The notes under the pieces: generated by a model
What the model was told of the DNA's origin: nothing
What the model saw: the letters and a program-made list of their open reading frames with translations, nothing else
Database searches by the model: none
Translations under genes and position numbers: made by a program
In this document: in pieces, positions 35,111-48,752 of the stretch
Layout: every line of letters starts with the position of its first letter
How positions within the stretch are numbered: position 1 is the first letter of the stretch
Source: Chiloscyllium plagiosum
Lineage: Eukaryota
Assembly (NCBI RefSeq): GCF_004010195.1
Contig: NC_057718.1
Location: forward strand, 8,362,191 to 8,412,928
Length of the DNA: 50,738 bases
Direction of reading: 5' to 3'

Positions 35111-36374
35111 GTAGTCTACTCCACCATTTATTAAAATCATGGCTGCTATGTTTGTGGACTCAACTCTAATTACCTATCTCATCATGTTACCTTTGAATCT
35201 CTTGTTACCTCAGTCACAAAGTATTCAGTGACCCAGCCTCCACTGCTGTCTAGGGTAGAGAGTTCCAAACACTCAAAACCCTTCTGAGATTAACAAAAAA
35301 TTCTGATACAAAATCCAAATTGGCCCCATGCCCACCATCATCCACTCCCTCTAACACTGACAGTCAGTAGCAACAATGTGGACTTCCTACAAGGTGCACT
35401 GCAGAAATTCGCCAAAGATCACCAAAATGGTGAGGTGATGGCGTAGTGATACTATCACTGAACTGTTAGTCCAGAAACTCAGCTCATGTTTTGGGTACTC
35501 AGGTTTAAATTCTGCTACAGCAGTTGATGGAATTTGAATTCAATAAACATCTAGAATTAAGAGTCTAACGATGACCATCGCTGATTGTTGGGAAAAACCC
35601 ACCTGGTTTACAAATGCCCTTTAGGGAAGGAAACATCCTTACTGAGTTTAGCCTACATATGATTTCAGACTCACAGCAATGTGGTTGACTCTTAACTGCC
35701 CTCTGGGCAATTAGGGATGGGCAATAAATGCTGGCCTAGCCAACCACACCCTCATTCTAAAATAAAGGAAAAATTCATAGACAGAACCTTCCAAATCCAT
35801 GATTGCTTCTGTATATGAGACGGGCAGCAGATACGTGGGAACACCACCAATACCCTCTAAGCCACTCACCATCCTGACTTGGAAATATGTCACCATTCCT
35901 TCAGTGTCAGTGGGTCAAAATCCTGAAGCTCCCTCCCTAACAGCATTATGGGTGTCCCTACAACAAACTGACTCCAGCAGATCAATTAAGGCAGTTCACC
36001 ATCACCTTCTCAAGGGCAACTAGGGATGGGCAGTAAATGCTGGCCCAGCCAGCCAAGTCCACATCATATAACTTAATGGTTTAAAAGTTAAGGAGTGGTC
36101 AAGGCAAATAACGTGGACGCGATGCAGTAATGTTAAGTAAACTGGAGGAACAGAAAGATATGCTGATAGAGTGGGATGAAGAGGAATGAATGGTCATATT
36201 GAGCATTTACTCTAGATAAACCAGTTGAGTCAAATGCCCTGCGTTTCTCATGGTTTTCAATGCAATTTGATGTAAAACATAATGAAAGTGGTTGCCTAAC
36301 ACTGATCATGGATAACAACAGGATTGTTAATGGTGAAAATGTATGTCATATCCATTACAACTGCCAGTGAAGGA

Positions 36375-36860
36375 TATTATTAAACTGGAGAGGATGCAGA
36401 AAAGATTTACCAGGACTAGAAGTTGTGAGTTATAAAGACAGGCTGGTTAGGCTGGGACTTTTTCACTGGAGTATAGGAGGTTGTGGGGTGACCTTATAAA
36501 AGTTTATAAAATCATGAGGGGCACAGAGAGGGTGAATGGCAGGTGTCTTTTCCCCAGGGTTATGGAGTTCAAAACCAGGGGCATATTTTAAGTTGAGAGG
36601 AGAATGATTTAAAAGGGACCTGAGGGACAACTTTTTCACACAGAGGGTGGTTCGTACGTGGAATGATGTCCAGAGGAAGTTGTGGAAGCAGATACAGTTA
36701 CAACGTCAAAAAGACATCTGGACAGGAACATGAATAGGAAAGGTTTAGAGGGATATGGGCCAAACACAGGCAACTGGGACTAGTTTAGGTTAGGGAAACT
36801 TGGTTGGCATGGACAGGTTGGACCAAAGGGTCTATTTCTGAGCTGTATGACTCTATACCT
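36375..36860 (+). mobile_element. CR1/HER1 LINE 3' end
   Basis: LERMQKRFT..LGLFSLE.RRL.GDLIKVYKIMRG; 3' UTR ending TGTATGACTCTAT. Confidence 0.85.
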
Positions 36861-38349
36861 CTACCAAGACTATTTTATAAAATGTATCAATCCATTTAAA
36901 AATGCCAGTCTTTGCTACCATGCAATGCAATGTCTGAAGCACTAACACTAACTGTATACAATCCCTTGCAATACAGTGACTCCGAAATTAATTCTAGGCT
37001 CGATAATTATCTGGTCGATATCGGCAAACTGAACCTCTCCTGGGTGAATAACTAAATATTGCAATCGAAATTAATAGCAGCAAAAAGACATGTGTCACAA
37101 GGAGCAACCACTTGTTTAATTATCTATGTTTTCACTATTGCTTGGAAAGTACTATGGGGCTTTTTCATGATGTAAATATTCCTGCAACCTGTTCCAGACA
37201 ATGAGGCTACTTTGTACATTATGCCTTGTACATCCCATCCCATCATCTGATCTCCAAGGAAGAGATGCCAAACCAAGAGTTCAGCAAGAGGCACCATTGG
37301 ATCTTGAGAGAGGTTGGACCATAAAATCATGAGAAATCGTAATAGGAACAGGCCATTCGGCCCTCATGCCTCCTCTACTATTTCAATAGGATCATGGCTG
37401 ATCCAACATTCCTCACGTACACTTTCCTGCCCTTTTCCCATGATCCTTGATTCCCTGACCAATCAAGAATCTCTCTATCTCAGCCTTAAATATACGCGGG
37501 GACACTGGCCCCACAGCTCTCTCTGTGACAAAGGGTTCCAAAGACTCACAGCCCCCACAGAGAAGAAAGTCCTCCTCATCTCAGCCTTAAACTGGCACCC
37601 CTTTATTCTGAGACTATGTGAAATAGTTAGGAAGCAATTTGACTATCATTAATGATTTCCACTGGGAAAAGTACTTCTCAATAATCCAGGAGATGAGTAA
37701 GAGAGTGGGGAGGTAGGAGACTGGCACAATTTAAAATGGTTAAGTGCAGGATAATACAAATATCATTCTCCTTTGTGGAGTGTCTCAGACCAGAGGGCAA
37801 ATCTCAGAGTAAAAGGGGCACACATTTAAGACTGAGATAAGGAATAATTTCATTTCTCAGAGTGTAGGGAATCTGTGGAATTCTTTACCGCAGAGGGCTG
37901 TCGAGGCTGGGTCATTGAGTATATCCGAGGCTGAGATAGGTTCTTAATCAATAAGGCTATCGGGGGTGATGGAGGAAAGGCAGCAAACTGGAGTTGAGAA
38001 TTATCAGATCAGACATGATCACTTAGAATAGCAGAACAGTCTCAATGGGCTGAGTAACTTACATCTGAGATCACAATGAGATTGTCTCTTATTCTCCAAA
38101 ACTCCACAGAGTACAGATTCAAATTTGTCAGCCTCCCATCATACGAACACCCTCTGACCCCAGGGATGAATTCACTGATGTTCTACTGGAGCTCCTCAAT
38201 ACCTGTACAAATATATCAATAAGTTTGAAAACCAGAATTGGACACAGTATTCCAGATGTAGTCTCACTATATCCCTATGCAACTCTAAATCTGCCCTCAT
38301 ACTGTAGACGCCATTACCAAAATGATTACTTTATAATTATCGATTCCCT

Positions 38350-38650
38350 GTGATGTGGAAACAGGTCATTTTGCCCAACAACTCCACACAAACCCTCTGA
38401 AGAGTAACCCACCCAGACCCATTCGCCTGCCCTATTGCCCATACATTTACCCCTGACTAAACCTACATATCCCTGAAATGGCAATTTAGCATGGCTAATT
38501 CATCTTTGGAGTATGAGAATGAGCCAAAGGAAACCTGCACAGACACAGGGAGAATGTGCAAACTCCACACAGAAAGTTGCCTGAGGCTGGGATTGAACCT
38601 GGGTCTTTGGGATTATGAGGTCACAGTGCTAACCACTGAGCCACCATGCC
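38350..38650 (-). mobile_element. HE1-type SINE (diverged)
   Basis: Same head, V domain and tail as the other copies. Confidence 0.8.
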
Positions 38651-39469
38651 ATCCAATAACTTTACAGTCATTCCTTCTGGTTAGGCCCTTAAAGTGGTCT
38701 TAGTTACTGAATTCAGGATGGAACTTGAACACTCAATGTCTTTATTGTAAGCATAGGATCCAGATATCTTTGAATCAACCTGTCCAGAGACATTATTACA
38801 CACCTCTGGAGCATGTGGGAATTGAACCTGGAGCCTGCATGACTTAGAGAGAGGGACACTGCAACTTTCCTCAAAGAGTCCATCACTCTAAGATCTGCCC
38901 TTACTAAAATTATCAGTGTTGGTGTGAAGAGTGAGTTAAACAGCATGTGGAAGTCTTAAAAACATTGGGTTTCAAGCTGAAAAAAGCATACAGTATCATC
39001 ACGAGTGTTGCATTCTGCAGATGTCTGGGAAAAGAGAATGAAATGAGGGTCAGAACTTTTGTAACATGTTAAGACAGAGGATGGTCAGAATGAGTTGGAT
39101 GAACAAAATGGCAAAGGAATGGAATGGAGCTAGAGTTGATGTTCAGGAATCAAAAGGATGGCTAAGTACAGTTGGACAGAGAAAGATGGTAAAGTTCAGA
39201 AACTGGAAAGAAAGATTGAATAGCCGCCTCCCGGCAATAACTAAAGGAGAAATTGAGGGTAAAAGCAGAAGAGATACAGGAAAAGTCATTTAGATGTGAA
39301 CTGAGATATTTGGACAAATCAAGAATCAAAGCAAGTCAAAGCCATCGCCCCCTCTTAGGCTATGCTGAACACATGGTCATGTTGCCGTGGTTAAAGATTC
39401 AATCTGCTTGTAGCTGCTCCAGTTGGGAGATCTGCTGTCTTCACATCCAGAGTAACTCGGCTGCAATCC

Positions 39470-41190
39470 CACTGTGACATCTGTCATCCAAATACACCAA
39501 GGTTCACGCCTCTCCCTGCTGCCCTTCGTTTTACCCTCCAGCAGAGATTTCTGGGTTTTTTTTCAGCTCTGATCAAATAGCCCAGATACTGATATATGCC
39601 TTCCCTGTTGACACTTTTCAGAGCTCTTTTTGATCTTGCATTTTCCAGCACCTCTTCATTTGTCTGACAGACTGTACGTGAAACTTTTAGCCTATGTCTT
39701 AGCATCCACTTTTCAAAAGGTTTTCCTCTCCTATTGATGATTGTTTATTGCCCAGACTTCTGAGGCAGCGAAGAAATGAAGGAATTTTTGAGTATTTTCT
39801 TTGTTACAGGATTCAGGTTTTTTTTGTCATCAACACATCCTTCATCTTCATAAAATAACTCCTGACTATCTCTGTCCTCCTGAAAGCTTCAGCATCATAT
39901 CTTCCAATTTCTGTTATCATTTGTCCCTATCTCCTTGTTCCAGTGGGATGCCATCCACTTCAATCTTCACTCTAGTTGTTTGTGTTCTATTTTTTTCCAA
40001 CAATTATTATGAAATGACTGCACAGAGGCTGGTATCCCATCATTAAGTCACCCGTTACTTACATGGCGAGTGTGTGGTGCTGGGAAAGCACAGCAGATAA
40101 GGCAGCATGTATGTGAGTAAATGGGCTGTGGCCAGCCAGCTCATAGTCAATCCCTGAAATGAGAAGGTTCGGAGTCTCTTGATTATATCTCACCCAGGGC
40201 TCCCTGATTAGCCCAAGTTAACAATCCAATCAAGGACCTCATAGTCAATAAGATCCACCTAGTTCCAATCACTATGTATTAGTTTTGATGCTTTGCTGTT
40301 CATGCTCAATTCCTATTTTAAACTATTAGAATTTACTTAAACTATTAGAACTTTTTTTAGCAGAGCCCCTTCTGACAGCAAGTTTTGTGGTGTTGTTGGT
40401 GTACTGTAAGTTTGTTACATTCCTGCCTCTAACATTTTAGCCCAGCGGTTTATGTAATTCTCTGAACATTTGTTCCGTGTACAGATTTGGAATAGTTTTG
40501 GTGACAGTGCTCCTCTCTTCGCTGGAAACATTGTTCCTCTTCTTGCTGCGGATGAATCCCATATCTTTACTCTCAACGTCACACTTTGATGAAAGAACAA
40601 AGTGTCTCTGGGTCTCTGGCGCTGTGAGGCAGTAGTGCTAACCACTGTGCCACTGTGCTGCCCACTTCCAGGTGTTCTTAGGTTAATCATTCCCTCACTT
40701 GTTCCTACCTCAGGTTGAAATTCAGACTGCATTTCATCAATCTCTGCATGAAAAATGTTATTGTTTCTTTCTATTCTGATTTTCAAAACCATTTTAAATA
40801 GGTGACTCATTAATCTTCTCTTCCTAAAATGATTGCACTGCAATGCTTCAGTTTCCTAACATAACTTAATGAATAAAGAGGTCTGAATTCACTTGGAGTA
40901 TATCCTTTGGTATATACTTGATCATAAATTTCTGTAATCACTTCAAATTCTGTTCCTCCACAGGCATTTATCATTACTTCATCTATGCCTGGAGTTTTTC
41001 CTGTTCTCATCAATTTCAAAGCATTCTTTAAACTCTGATATTGTGCAGTTTCATCTGTTGTTTATTTCAATATCTTGAAGCCCTCTGGATTTGGATCATC
41101 AGACAGTTCATTCATATATTCTGTCCACTCTTCTGTTACTGCATCTCTGTCAAATAATATTTTATGATTTTTTTTTGTCGGTTCAGCATT
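39470..41190 (-). mobile_element. RTE-clade LINE, degraded and interrupted
   Basis: MRTGKTPGIDEV, MSHLFKMVLKI, EIDEMQSEFQP..GT.EGMINLR, FEKWMLRHRLKVS..TNEEVL; SINE head inserted at ~40608-40663. Confidence 0.75.
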
Positions 41191-41211
41191 TAGTACCTGT
41201 TGCTTTCTCCA

Positions 41212-41540
41212 TCACATGGTGGCTTAGTGGTTAGCACTGCTGCCTTACAGTGCCAGGGACCAGAGTTCGATTCCCACCTCGGGCGACAGTCTGTGTGGAG
41301 TTTGCACATTCTCCCCAAATCTGCATGTGTTCCCTCCGGGTGCTCTGGTTTCCTCCCACAATCTAAAGATGTGCAGGCCAGGTGAATTGACCATGCTAAA
41401 TTGCCCAAAGTGTTAGGTGCATTAGTCAGGGATAAGTATAAGGTAGGGGAATGGGCTGGATGGGTTATTCTTCGGAGAGTCGGTGTGGACTTGTTGGGCC
41501 CAATAGCCTGTTTCCTCACTGTAGGTAATCTAATCTAATC
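41212..41540 (+). mobile_element. HE1-type V-SINE
   Basis: Head, V domain, (AATCT)n tail. Confidence 0.9.
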
Positions 41541-44159
41541 AAAAAAAAGGAAGATACGATAAGCCCCTTTGAAGCTGCTGATAGGCTTGAGTGTATTTAA
41601 CAAATTAGCAAGCTGCAGTAAAATTGGTTAGAAAAGGAAAAAAATGGAGGGTGGGAGTGAAGGACCCTTGCATTGCCCCTTCTCCATGGTCTTTGCTCCA
41701 TCAAACCACTTCAGTGGGCACAATAAGAAGGAACAATCAAATCATAAAAATGAGTGAGCAGGTCCATTGGAATTTGTGGTTCATTCCAGTTCTTGCACTT
41801 TTTGCTGTTCTGGATTTTAATCAGTCTTGCCTTTTTCCATTCTTTGGGTTGCAGTATTGCCTTCCCTTTGTGCAGACACTCACTGCATCAGTCCTCATCA
41901 CTTACACCCCTTAGTCTGTGGATCTTTTCACCCACTCTACAACTTTGAGCGTCTACTGCTCACTGACTGAGATTTAGTTCCACCGTGGGACAATGGCCAG
42001 CAAGACTCCACCATTTGCCTGAGTCCATCCCAATCTCTTTTGCTCCATGCCAGTAGTGTCCCACCTTTGAAGGTCTTCCTTAATTGTACTTTGCCAAATT
42101 TCCTTTGGCTGGCCCATCTTTCCCACCTGATGGTGAATATTCTATCACCACTCTGGTACAGTGGATGTCTGAGGGGTAAATAGGTGCCATGCCAGTCTCA
42201 GTCTCTCTCTCTCTCTCCCATATGCTCTATGAGTGTTTCTGACCAGTTCCACATTGTACTTCTTCAATGGTGCTTTTGTCTCATTGCGCAGTGACGCCCA
42301 GGGTCTTTGTCGGCAACACTGGTGGAAGTCATCCAACTAATGCGACACCTTTGATGTTCTTTTCCATGCCCTGTAGTTGGTATGACAATCAACATGTTGA
42401 ACCTCAGCTTCATGTCTCAATCATTGATGTTGCATCCCCATATCGTGCAGAGTTGCAGGAAGACAGATGGTGCTCTACTGATTCTTGATCCTGGAGATGC
42501 TAGTGAGGGGCAGAAGTGATTGAGATCCTCAATGGTCAGTGGCCTGATGAAGATAAGGAGCACAACATTGCTGAACAGTGATTATCTTCCCACAGCCATA
42601 CTCTTCAAAATGAATGATGAAGGCATCAGGAACCGGAGGGTGCCTTTCAGTCTCTTTTCCAACACTGTTTTCGATCATAGTGTAGCACTATTTTCCCACC
42701 TTTACTCTGAGTTGCCTTGGTATGTGTCCTAAAAAATCTAATTTCCTCTGTCATAACTAACCATGTAACTGAAGAAACCTAAGATGGTTCTGTAAGTGGT
42801 GACTTATAAACTTTTCACTGTACTCATTTGAGTACATGTGACAATAAAGTTAATTCAATTCAATTCAATTCAATTCACTGATTTTCAGGAGGAGAATTCC
42901 AAATTTTCACGACCTTGTGTGTGAGGAAGTTCTTCCTGAGTTTGCTTCCAGGCCTGACTGTAAAATTGTGCTCCCACACACCCCACCCATTACTTCTGAT
43001 GTTCCCCACTGGAGGCAATATCTTTTCCTTAAAACTACCCTGTCAAATCTTGTCAACATTTTAATAAATCGCCCCACAGCTAGCTCTTCAATCAAGGGAT
43101 TTCAGGATTATAAATGGTGAACATGGATGAGTTATTGTTGTTATGATTCCCTCATAAAATTGTTGTGTCCCAACTCTAAACATTCCTCAGCACATAAATC
43201 ACATGTGTCACCTCGCACCACTTGTGCTCTGTCATTGGGTATTGGATGGATATATCCCATTTATCAGCACTGAGAGCTGCATGGAGATTTTAGTCTCTAT
43301 CTGTACCAGCAGATTTGAGCACCTGCTCAGTTGGCAACCAGGTTCCTCCTTATGAATAATCATAGGTGTACCAGCAGATGTGTCCAACGCCCCAAAGTGC
43401 CAGCATATTGCACTGTCAGAAAGTGAAACGTCATACTTGCTAAGCACAGCACGGCAGTACGGAGTTAGTCTCCCCCCCACACTGATGCTTCACTCAGTTT
43501 GTGTACTGCAACTCAGCCATCTTTGTGGAAGGCAAGGCTGTCAGTCCTGCCTCGTGATTGACTGAGCATTTTGTCACCTTGCAGACGCCCATTTTGCGTT
43601 TGTTCAGGAACCATCTGTTTGTCAAGCAGGGCTGGCTTCGAGTTTTTGTTTTGCAAATTGCTTTGCTGTTCTCCCAAGAGAAATCGCTGAGTATTTCTGA
43701 GGTACAGTCAGACAGCTGTCTTCCTTCTGTCACTTGCACTGATAGCTTTCACATCAGCCAAGCTCCTTCTGGCTGATATTCCTGATGTTACGCACCATTT
43801 AGAACACAGGACCAGACCACTCTAGCTAATCGCTCCCATGGTATTTCTTCTCCACCAGCACCTCCACTCATTCCTCTTTATCACACTCAATCTTTCCACT
43901 CCTCTTCCCTTCCTGCGCTTATTCCACTTCTCCGCCATGTTCACCTCAATCACTCCCTGCGGCAGAGAGTTCCACATTCTACCCATTCCCTGCATTAACC
44001 AAGTTCCTCCTTAGTCCCCTATTGGATTTGTTAGTGATTGTCTTATTTTATAATGTGAGGTCTTGTGGCACAATGGGTAATGTCCATCTGGCTCCAGGTT
44101 CAAGACCCAATCCAGCACTTGATGGCCCAGGAAAGTGCCTCCATAATAAGCCATAAGGA

Positions 44160-44800
44160 AGACATGGTGGCTCAGTGGTTATCACTGCTGCCTCATAGCG
44201 CCAGAGACCCAGGTTCAATTCCACCCTCGGGTGACTGTGTGGAATTTGCACATTCTCCCTGTGTTTGCATGGGTGTCCTCTGGTTTCCTCCTACAATCCA
44301 AAGATGTGCAGGTGAGGTGTATTTGCTATGTTAAATTGCCCACAGTGATGTGCAGGTGAGATGGATTAGCCATAGGAAATTCAGGGTCACAGAGATAGGG
44401 GTTTGGGTGGGATGCCCTGTGAAGGGTTGGTGTTTCTTGTAGGAATGAATGGCCTGCTTCTACACTGTAGGAATTCTATGATAATAGGTGGCACGGTGGC
44501 GCAGTGGTTACCACTGTTGCCTCACAGCGCCAGAGACCTGGGTTCAATTCCTGCCTCAGGCGACTGACTGTGTGGAGTTTGCACATTCTCCCCGTGTCTG
44601 CATGGGTTTCCTCCGGGTGCTCCGGTTTCCTCCCACAGTCCAACAATGTGCAGGTGTGGTGGATTGGCCATACTAAATTGCCCGTAGTGTTAGGTGAAGG
44701 GGTAAATGTAGGGGAATGGGTCTGGGTGGGTTGCGCTTCGGCGGGTGGGTGTGGACTTATTGAGCCGAAGGGCCTGTTTCCACACTGTAAGTAATCTAAT
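44160..44800 (+). mobile_element. Two tandem HE1-type V-SINEs (44160-44480, 44487-44800)
   Basis: Two consecutive heads and V domains; the second copy is near consensus. Confidence 0.88.
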
Positions 44801-46462
44801 GTACCCAAACATGTTGACCAACCACCTATTGATCCTTCTGATGGCAGGTGGTAAAAGCAAGCAAGTCTTGAGGGGATCTGGTGGTATAGTGGTAATGTTA
44901 TTGGACTATTAATTGAGAACAATGTTCCTGCCTGGGAGCATGGTTTCAAGTCCTACCATGATATGAAGGTGATGTTAGAATTCAATAAAAATCCGGAAAT
45001 AAAGTTAGACTAAGGGCTACCACTTTTAAAAAAATCTGGCTCACTAATGTAGACACATGATTTTAGACCCATAGCAGTATGATCAACTGTAGTGGGAAAT
45101 TAAGGATGGGACACCAGTGACATCTACATTGAGGGATGAGATGTAACAAGAACAGAAATTGCTGGAGGAACACAACAGGTCTGGCAGCATCTGTGGAGAG
45201 AAAGCAGAGTCAATGTTTCAGGTTACGGGGCCCTTTTTCAGAATGGATGATGAGAAATAAAGTAGGGGTTAGGTAAAAGGAAAAAAATATGGAGTATTGC
45301 TCCACTCACACCTCAAGCCATAGTTTACGGCTCGTGACCTGTTTCAGGTAAATTCTAACTCTGGAAACAGCAATTACTGTGCGGTCTGCCTGCCTAATAT
45401 ACGACTAGGACAAAGCAGTTGTTTGGAAATTTCTCGCTCAGGCAGAAAGTCTCCTCAGCATCCATTTTTTAAAATTAATGCATCATTTCAAAGATTTTGT
45501 TCGATTATGCAACAGCCCTCCTTATTCAAGTGCTCAAGCTCTTTAATCTTTCAAAAATGAAACCTCTCAGTTCTAGTGTCCATTTGACCTTAAGATTATA
45601 TGATTTTGGAACAGATGTAGGCCATTCAGCCCATTTAGTCTGCTCTGCTAGTCAATGAGATCATGGCTGATCTGATAATCCTCAACTCCACTTTTGAGCT
45701 TTTTTCCCATTACTCTTCATCCCCTCATGGATTAAAAATCTACCTCAGTCTCGGATATACTCAATGAGCCAGACTCAACAGAATTCCACACTCTGACAGA
45801 AGAAATTCCATCTCATCTCTGTCTTAAATGGCTGACTCATTATTCTGTAGTTATACCCTCTTGGCCCTTAACCCTCTCGGAAGGGGCAGCAATCGTTATG
45901 CATCTACCTTCTCACATCCTCTAAAAAACAAATATATATCAATATATTTTAATAAATCCTTTATGCAACTTCACCAGTACTTTAAATGGAGAACACAACT
46001 GTTTCCAATACTCCAAGATAACACAATTTCACAATATTCTACTAGTCCAACATAACCCTCTCTGTTTGTTTTATTTCAGTTCTAATCCTCTCAATTTAAA
46101 ATCCATTTTAGTTTGCAATGTTTATGCCCTTGCTAAGCTGTTTGTAAATCTGATGTCTTGTCAATCTATAAAAGTTGGAGCTTTGGTCAATCACTTTGTC
46201 CTGAATTTGCCTGTAAGAGAGGTGGATAACAACATAGTCAAGATTGCTGGAAATACTCACGAAGGTCAGCCCACATTGACAGAGGGAGAAATAAATTAAA
46301 ATATTTCTGGCTCTGATGGTGAATGTTGGTGTTGTGCCTCATTTGATGCTGCCTGACCTAACACCTTTGTCCAGCTTTTTATTGTTTATTTCAGATTTTC
46401 AGCATCTGCAGTGGTTCACTTTTAAAACTGGGAAGTTCTGATAACTCTTTTCTAATAGTTAG

Positions 46463-46688
46463 ATGTCATGTGTGTGTGTGTGCGCGCGCGTACCTCTGTA
46501 TATAAACGCACGTATGTGTGTGTGTGCATGTCTGTATGTGCCTGTGTGTGTTTCTGTGTGTATGTGTATGCACATGTGCATGTCTGTATGTGCCTGTGTG
46601 TGTCGCTGTGTGTTTCTGTGTGTATATGTGCACGTGTGTATATATGTGCATGTATTTGTGTATGTGTGTGTTAATCAGTGTGTGTGAA
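46463..46688. repeat. Degenerate (TG)n microsatellite
   Basis: Alternating purine-pyrimidine tract of about 220 bp. Confidence 0.9.
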
Positions 46689-47529
46689 TGCTTGTTTTCA
46701 TAGAGGGTAGCTTCATAGATTTTCCCTATTTATTCCCTTTGTCAATAAGCTTTACACCTTTGTTTAAGTATTTTTGTAAAACAAACTCTCATTTGTTAAT
46801 GACAGAAACCTGGCTGATTTGTTAATGAAATTAAACTAAATACCATCTGGTCATTATATAATTGGCAATATCACTGCCCTTTTTTAATTGATATTTTGTT
46901 GTGGGCAAGAATGGAGGCTGAAATCAGCCCTCCAACCTTGGCTATAATGAAATTAAAGACTCTCCTGACAGTGAGGAGTGGGCTTTTGCCCGAAACGTCG
47001 ATTTTGCTGCTCGTCGGATGCTGCCTGAATTGCTGTGCTCTTCCAGCACCACTGATCCAGAATCTGGTTTCCAGCATCTGCAGTCATTGTTTTTTACCTC
47101 GGAGTTAACTATCTGTCTACAGAGATTATTCCAGGTCTCCAGCTAGGAGATAAACAATTTAATTCATGGCACCTTTCAACCACTTTCTCAGTTGGCTCTC
47201 AAAAGTAATGGCTTGCTGTAAATTCCAGGAGTAAAATAGGTGTGTAACATACAGAAAGGCTGCCCCATGCTAGGAGGCCTGAAGCATTTGAGGGCCCATT
47301 ATGGGACAACACAATTTGTCTGGCAAAGAGGATGTGGATGGTGACCGTTCAGACAAGAAAGCAGGGACAATCGCAGTCCCTTCAATTGTTATACAACCAG
47401 AGGAGCATTCTCATAATCCATACAAAACCTTATCTACCCAGGGTTTTGAGACCACATCAATCTTTAGCCCTGACCAGTCTGGTGAACAGTGGATGGCGAG
47501 AGATTATAAATTAGATGAACAACTTTAAA

Positions 47530-47836
47530 TTACATTACATTACAGTGTGGAAACAGGCCCTTCGGCCCAACAAGTCCACACCGACCCACTGAAGCGCAAC
47601 CCACCCATACCCCTACATTTACCCCTTACCTAACACTACGGGCAATTTAGCATGGCCAATTCACCTGACCTGCACATTCTTGGACCGTGGGAGGAAACCG
47701 GAGCAGCTGGAGGAAACCCACGCAGACACGGGGAGAACGTGCAAACTCCACACAGTCAGTCGCCTGAGGCGGGAATTGAACCTGGGTCTCAGGCACTGTG
47801 AGGCAGCAGTGCTAACCACTGTGCCACCGTGCCGCC
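47530..47836 (-). mobile_element. HE1-type V-SINE
   Basis: Near-consensus copy with (TAATG)n-type tail. Confidence 0.9.
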
Positions 47837-48069
47837 CAACTTCAAAACATCTGTTGCCCTTTTCTGGTCAGGCCTAAATGTGATTCCTTTCATCCACAAT
47901 TTTCCACATACTTTATTCACTGTTTGGATGTGGGTACCATTGTCAAGGCTAGTTTATCTTGCCCATGTGAGTTGCCGCTTGAGGATTTTCCTCTTGAACC
48001 ACTGCACTCCATGTATTTGACCTACACTCACCATGCTGTTGAGTGAGAAGTTTTTTAAATTCAGTTTTT

Positions 48070-48752
48070 GTGGGATGTGGGCATCGTTAGCTGGGCCAGT
48101 GATTATTTCCTGTCCCTAGTTGCCCCTTGGGAAGGTGGTGGTGGTGGTGAGCTGCCTTCTTGAACCCCTGCAGTCCACCTGCTGTGGGTTGTGCCACAAT
48201 GCCATTCGGGAGGAAAGTCCAGGATTTTGACTCAGCACCAGTGAAGGAATGACGATATATTTCTAAGTTTGCATCGTGAGTTGCTTGGAGGGGAACTTGA
48301 AGGTGGTGGTGTTCCCATACATCTGCTGCCCTGATCCTTTTAGATGGAAGTGGTCATGGGTTGGAACGTGCTGTCTAAGGATCTTTGGTGAATTTCTGCA
48401 GTGTGTCTTATAGATAGTAGGTAAAAACAATGACTGCAGATGCAGAAACCAGATTCTGGATTAGAGTGGTGTTGGAAAAGCACAGCAGTTCAGACAGCAT
48501 CCAAGGAGCAGGAAAATCAATGTTTCGGGCAAAAGCCCTTCATCAGGAATACAGCCTGTATTCCTGATGAAGGGCTTTTGCCCAAAACATCTTATAGATA
48601 GTACACACTGCTGCTACCGAGCATCGGTGGTGGAGGGAGAGGATGTTTATGGATGTGGTGCCAATCAAGTGGGCTGCTTTGTCTTGGATAGTGTCAAGCT
48701 TCTTGAATATAATTGGGGCTTCACTCAACCAGGCAAGTGGAGAGTATTCCAT
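48070..48752 (-). mobile_element. Non-LTR retrotransposon 3' end (CR1/L2 group), interrupted by a Penelope-tail insertion at 48420-48590
   Basis: MEYSPLAWL..KKLDTIQDKAAHLIG..SLHHRCSVAAVCTIYKM; TSD TCTTATAGATAGTA at 48406-48419 and 48590-48603; plus-strand relative at ~35775-36065. Confidence 0.75.

Noticed and set aside
40015..40275. Possible solo LTR inside the RTE element
   Set aside because: Looks like an insertion, but I could not define TG..CA ends or a TSD with confidence.
43140..43800. Unique non-repetitive stretch as exon or conserved element
   Set aside because: No recognisable peptide or splice pattern; conservation cannot be assessed without alignment.
44487..44560. tRNA gene
   Set aside because: tRNA-derived head of an HE1-type SINE, continuous with the V domain; the same applies to the other SINE heads.
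46463..46703. Cys/Val- or His/Thr-rich ORFs
   Set aside because: Translations of a (TG)n microsatellite.
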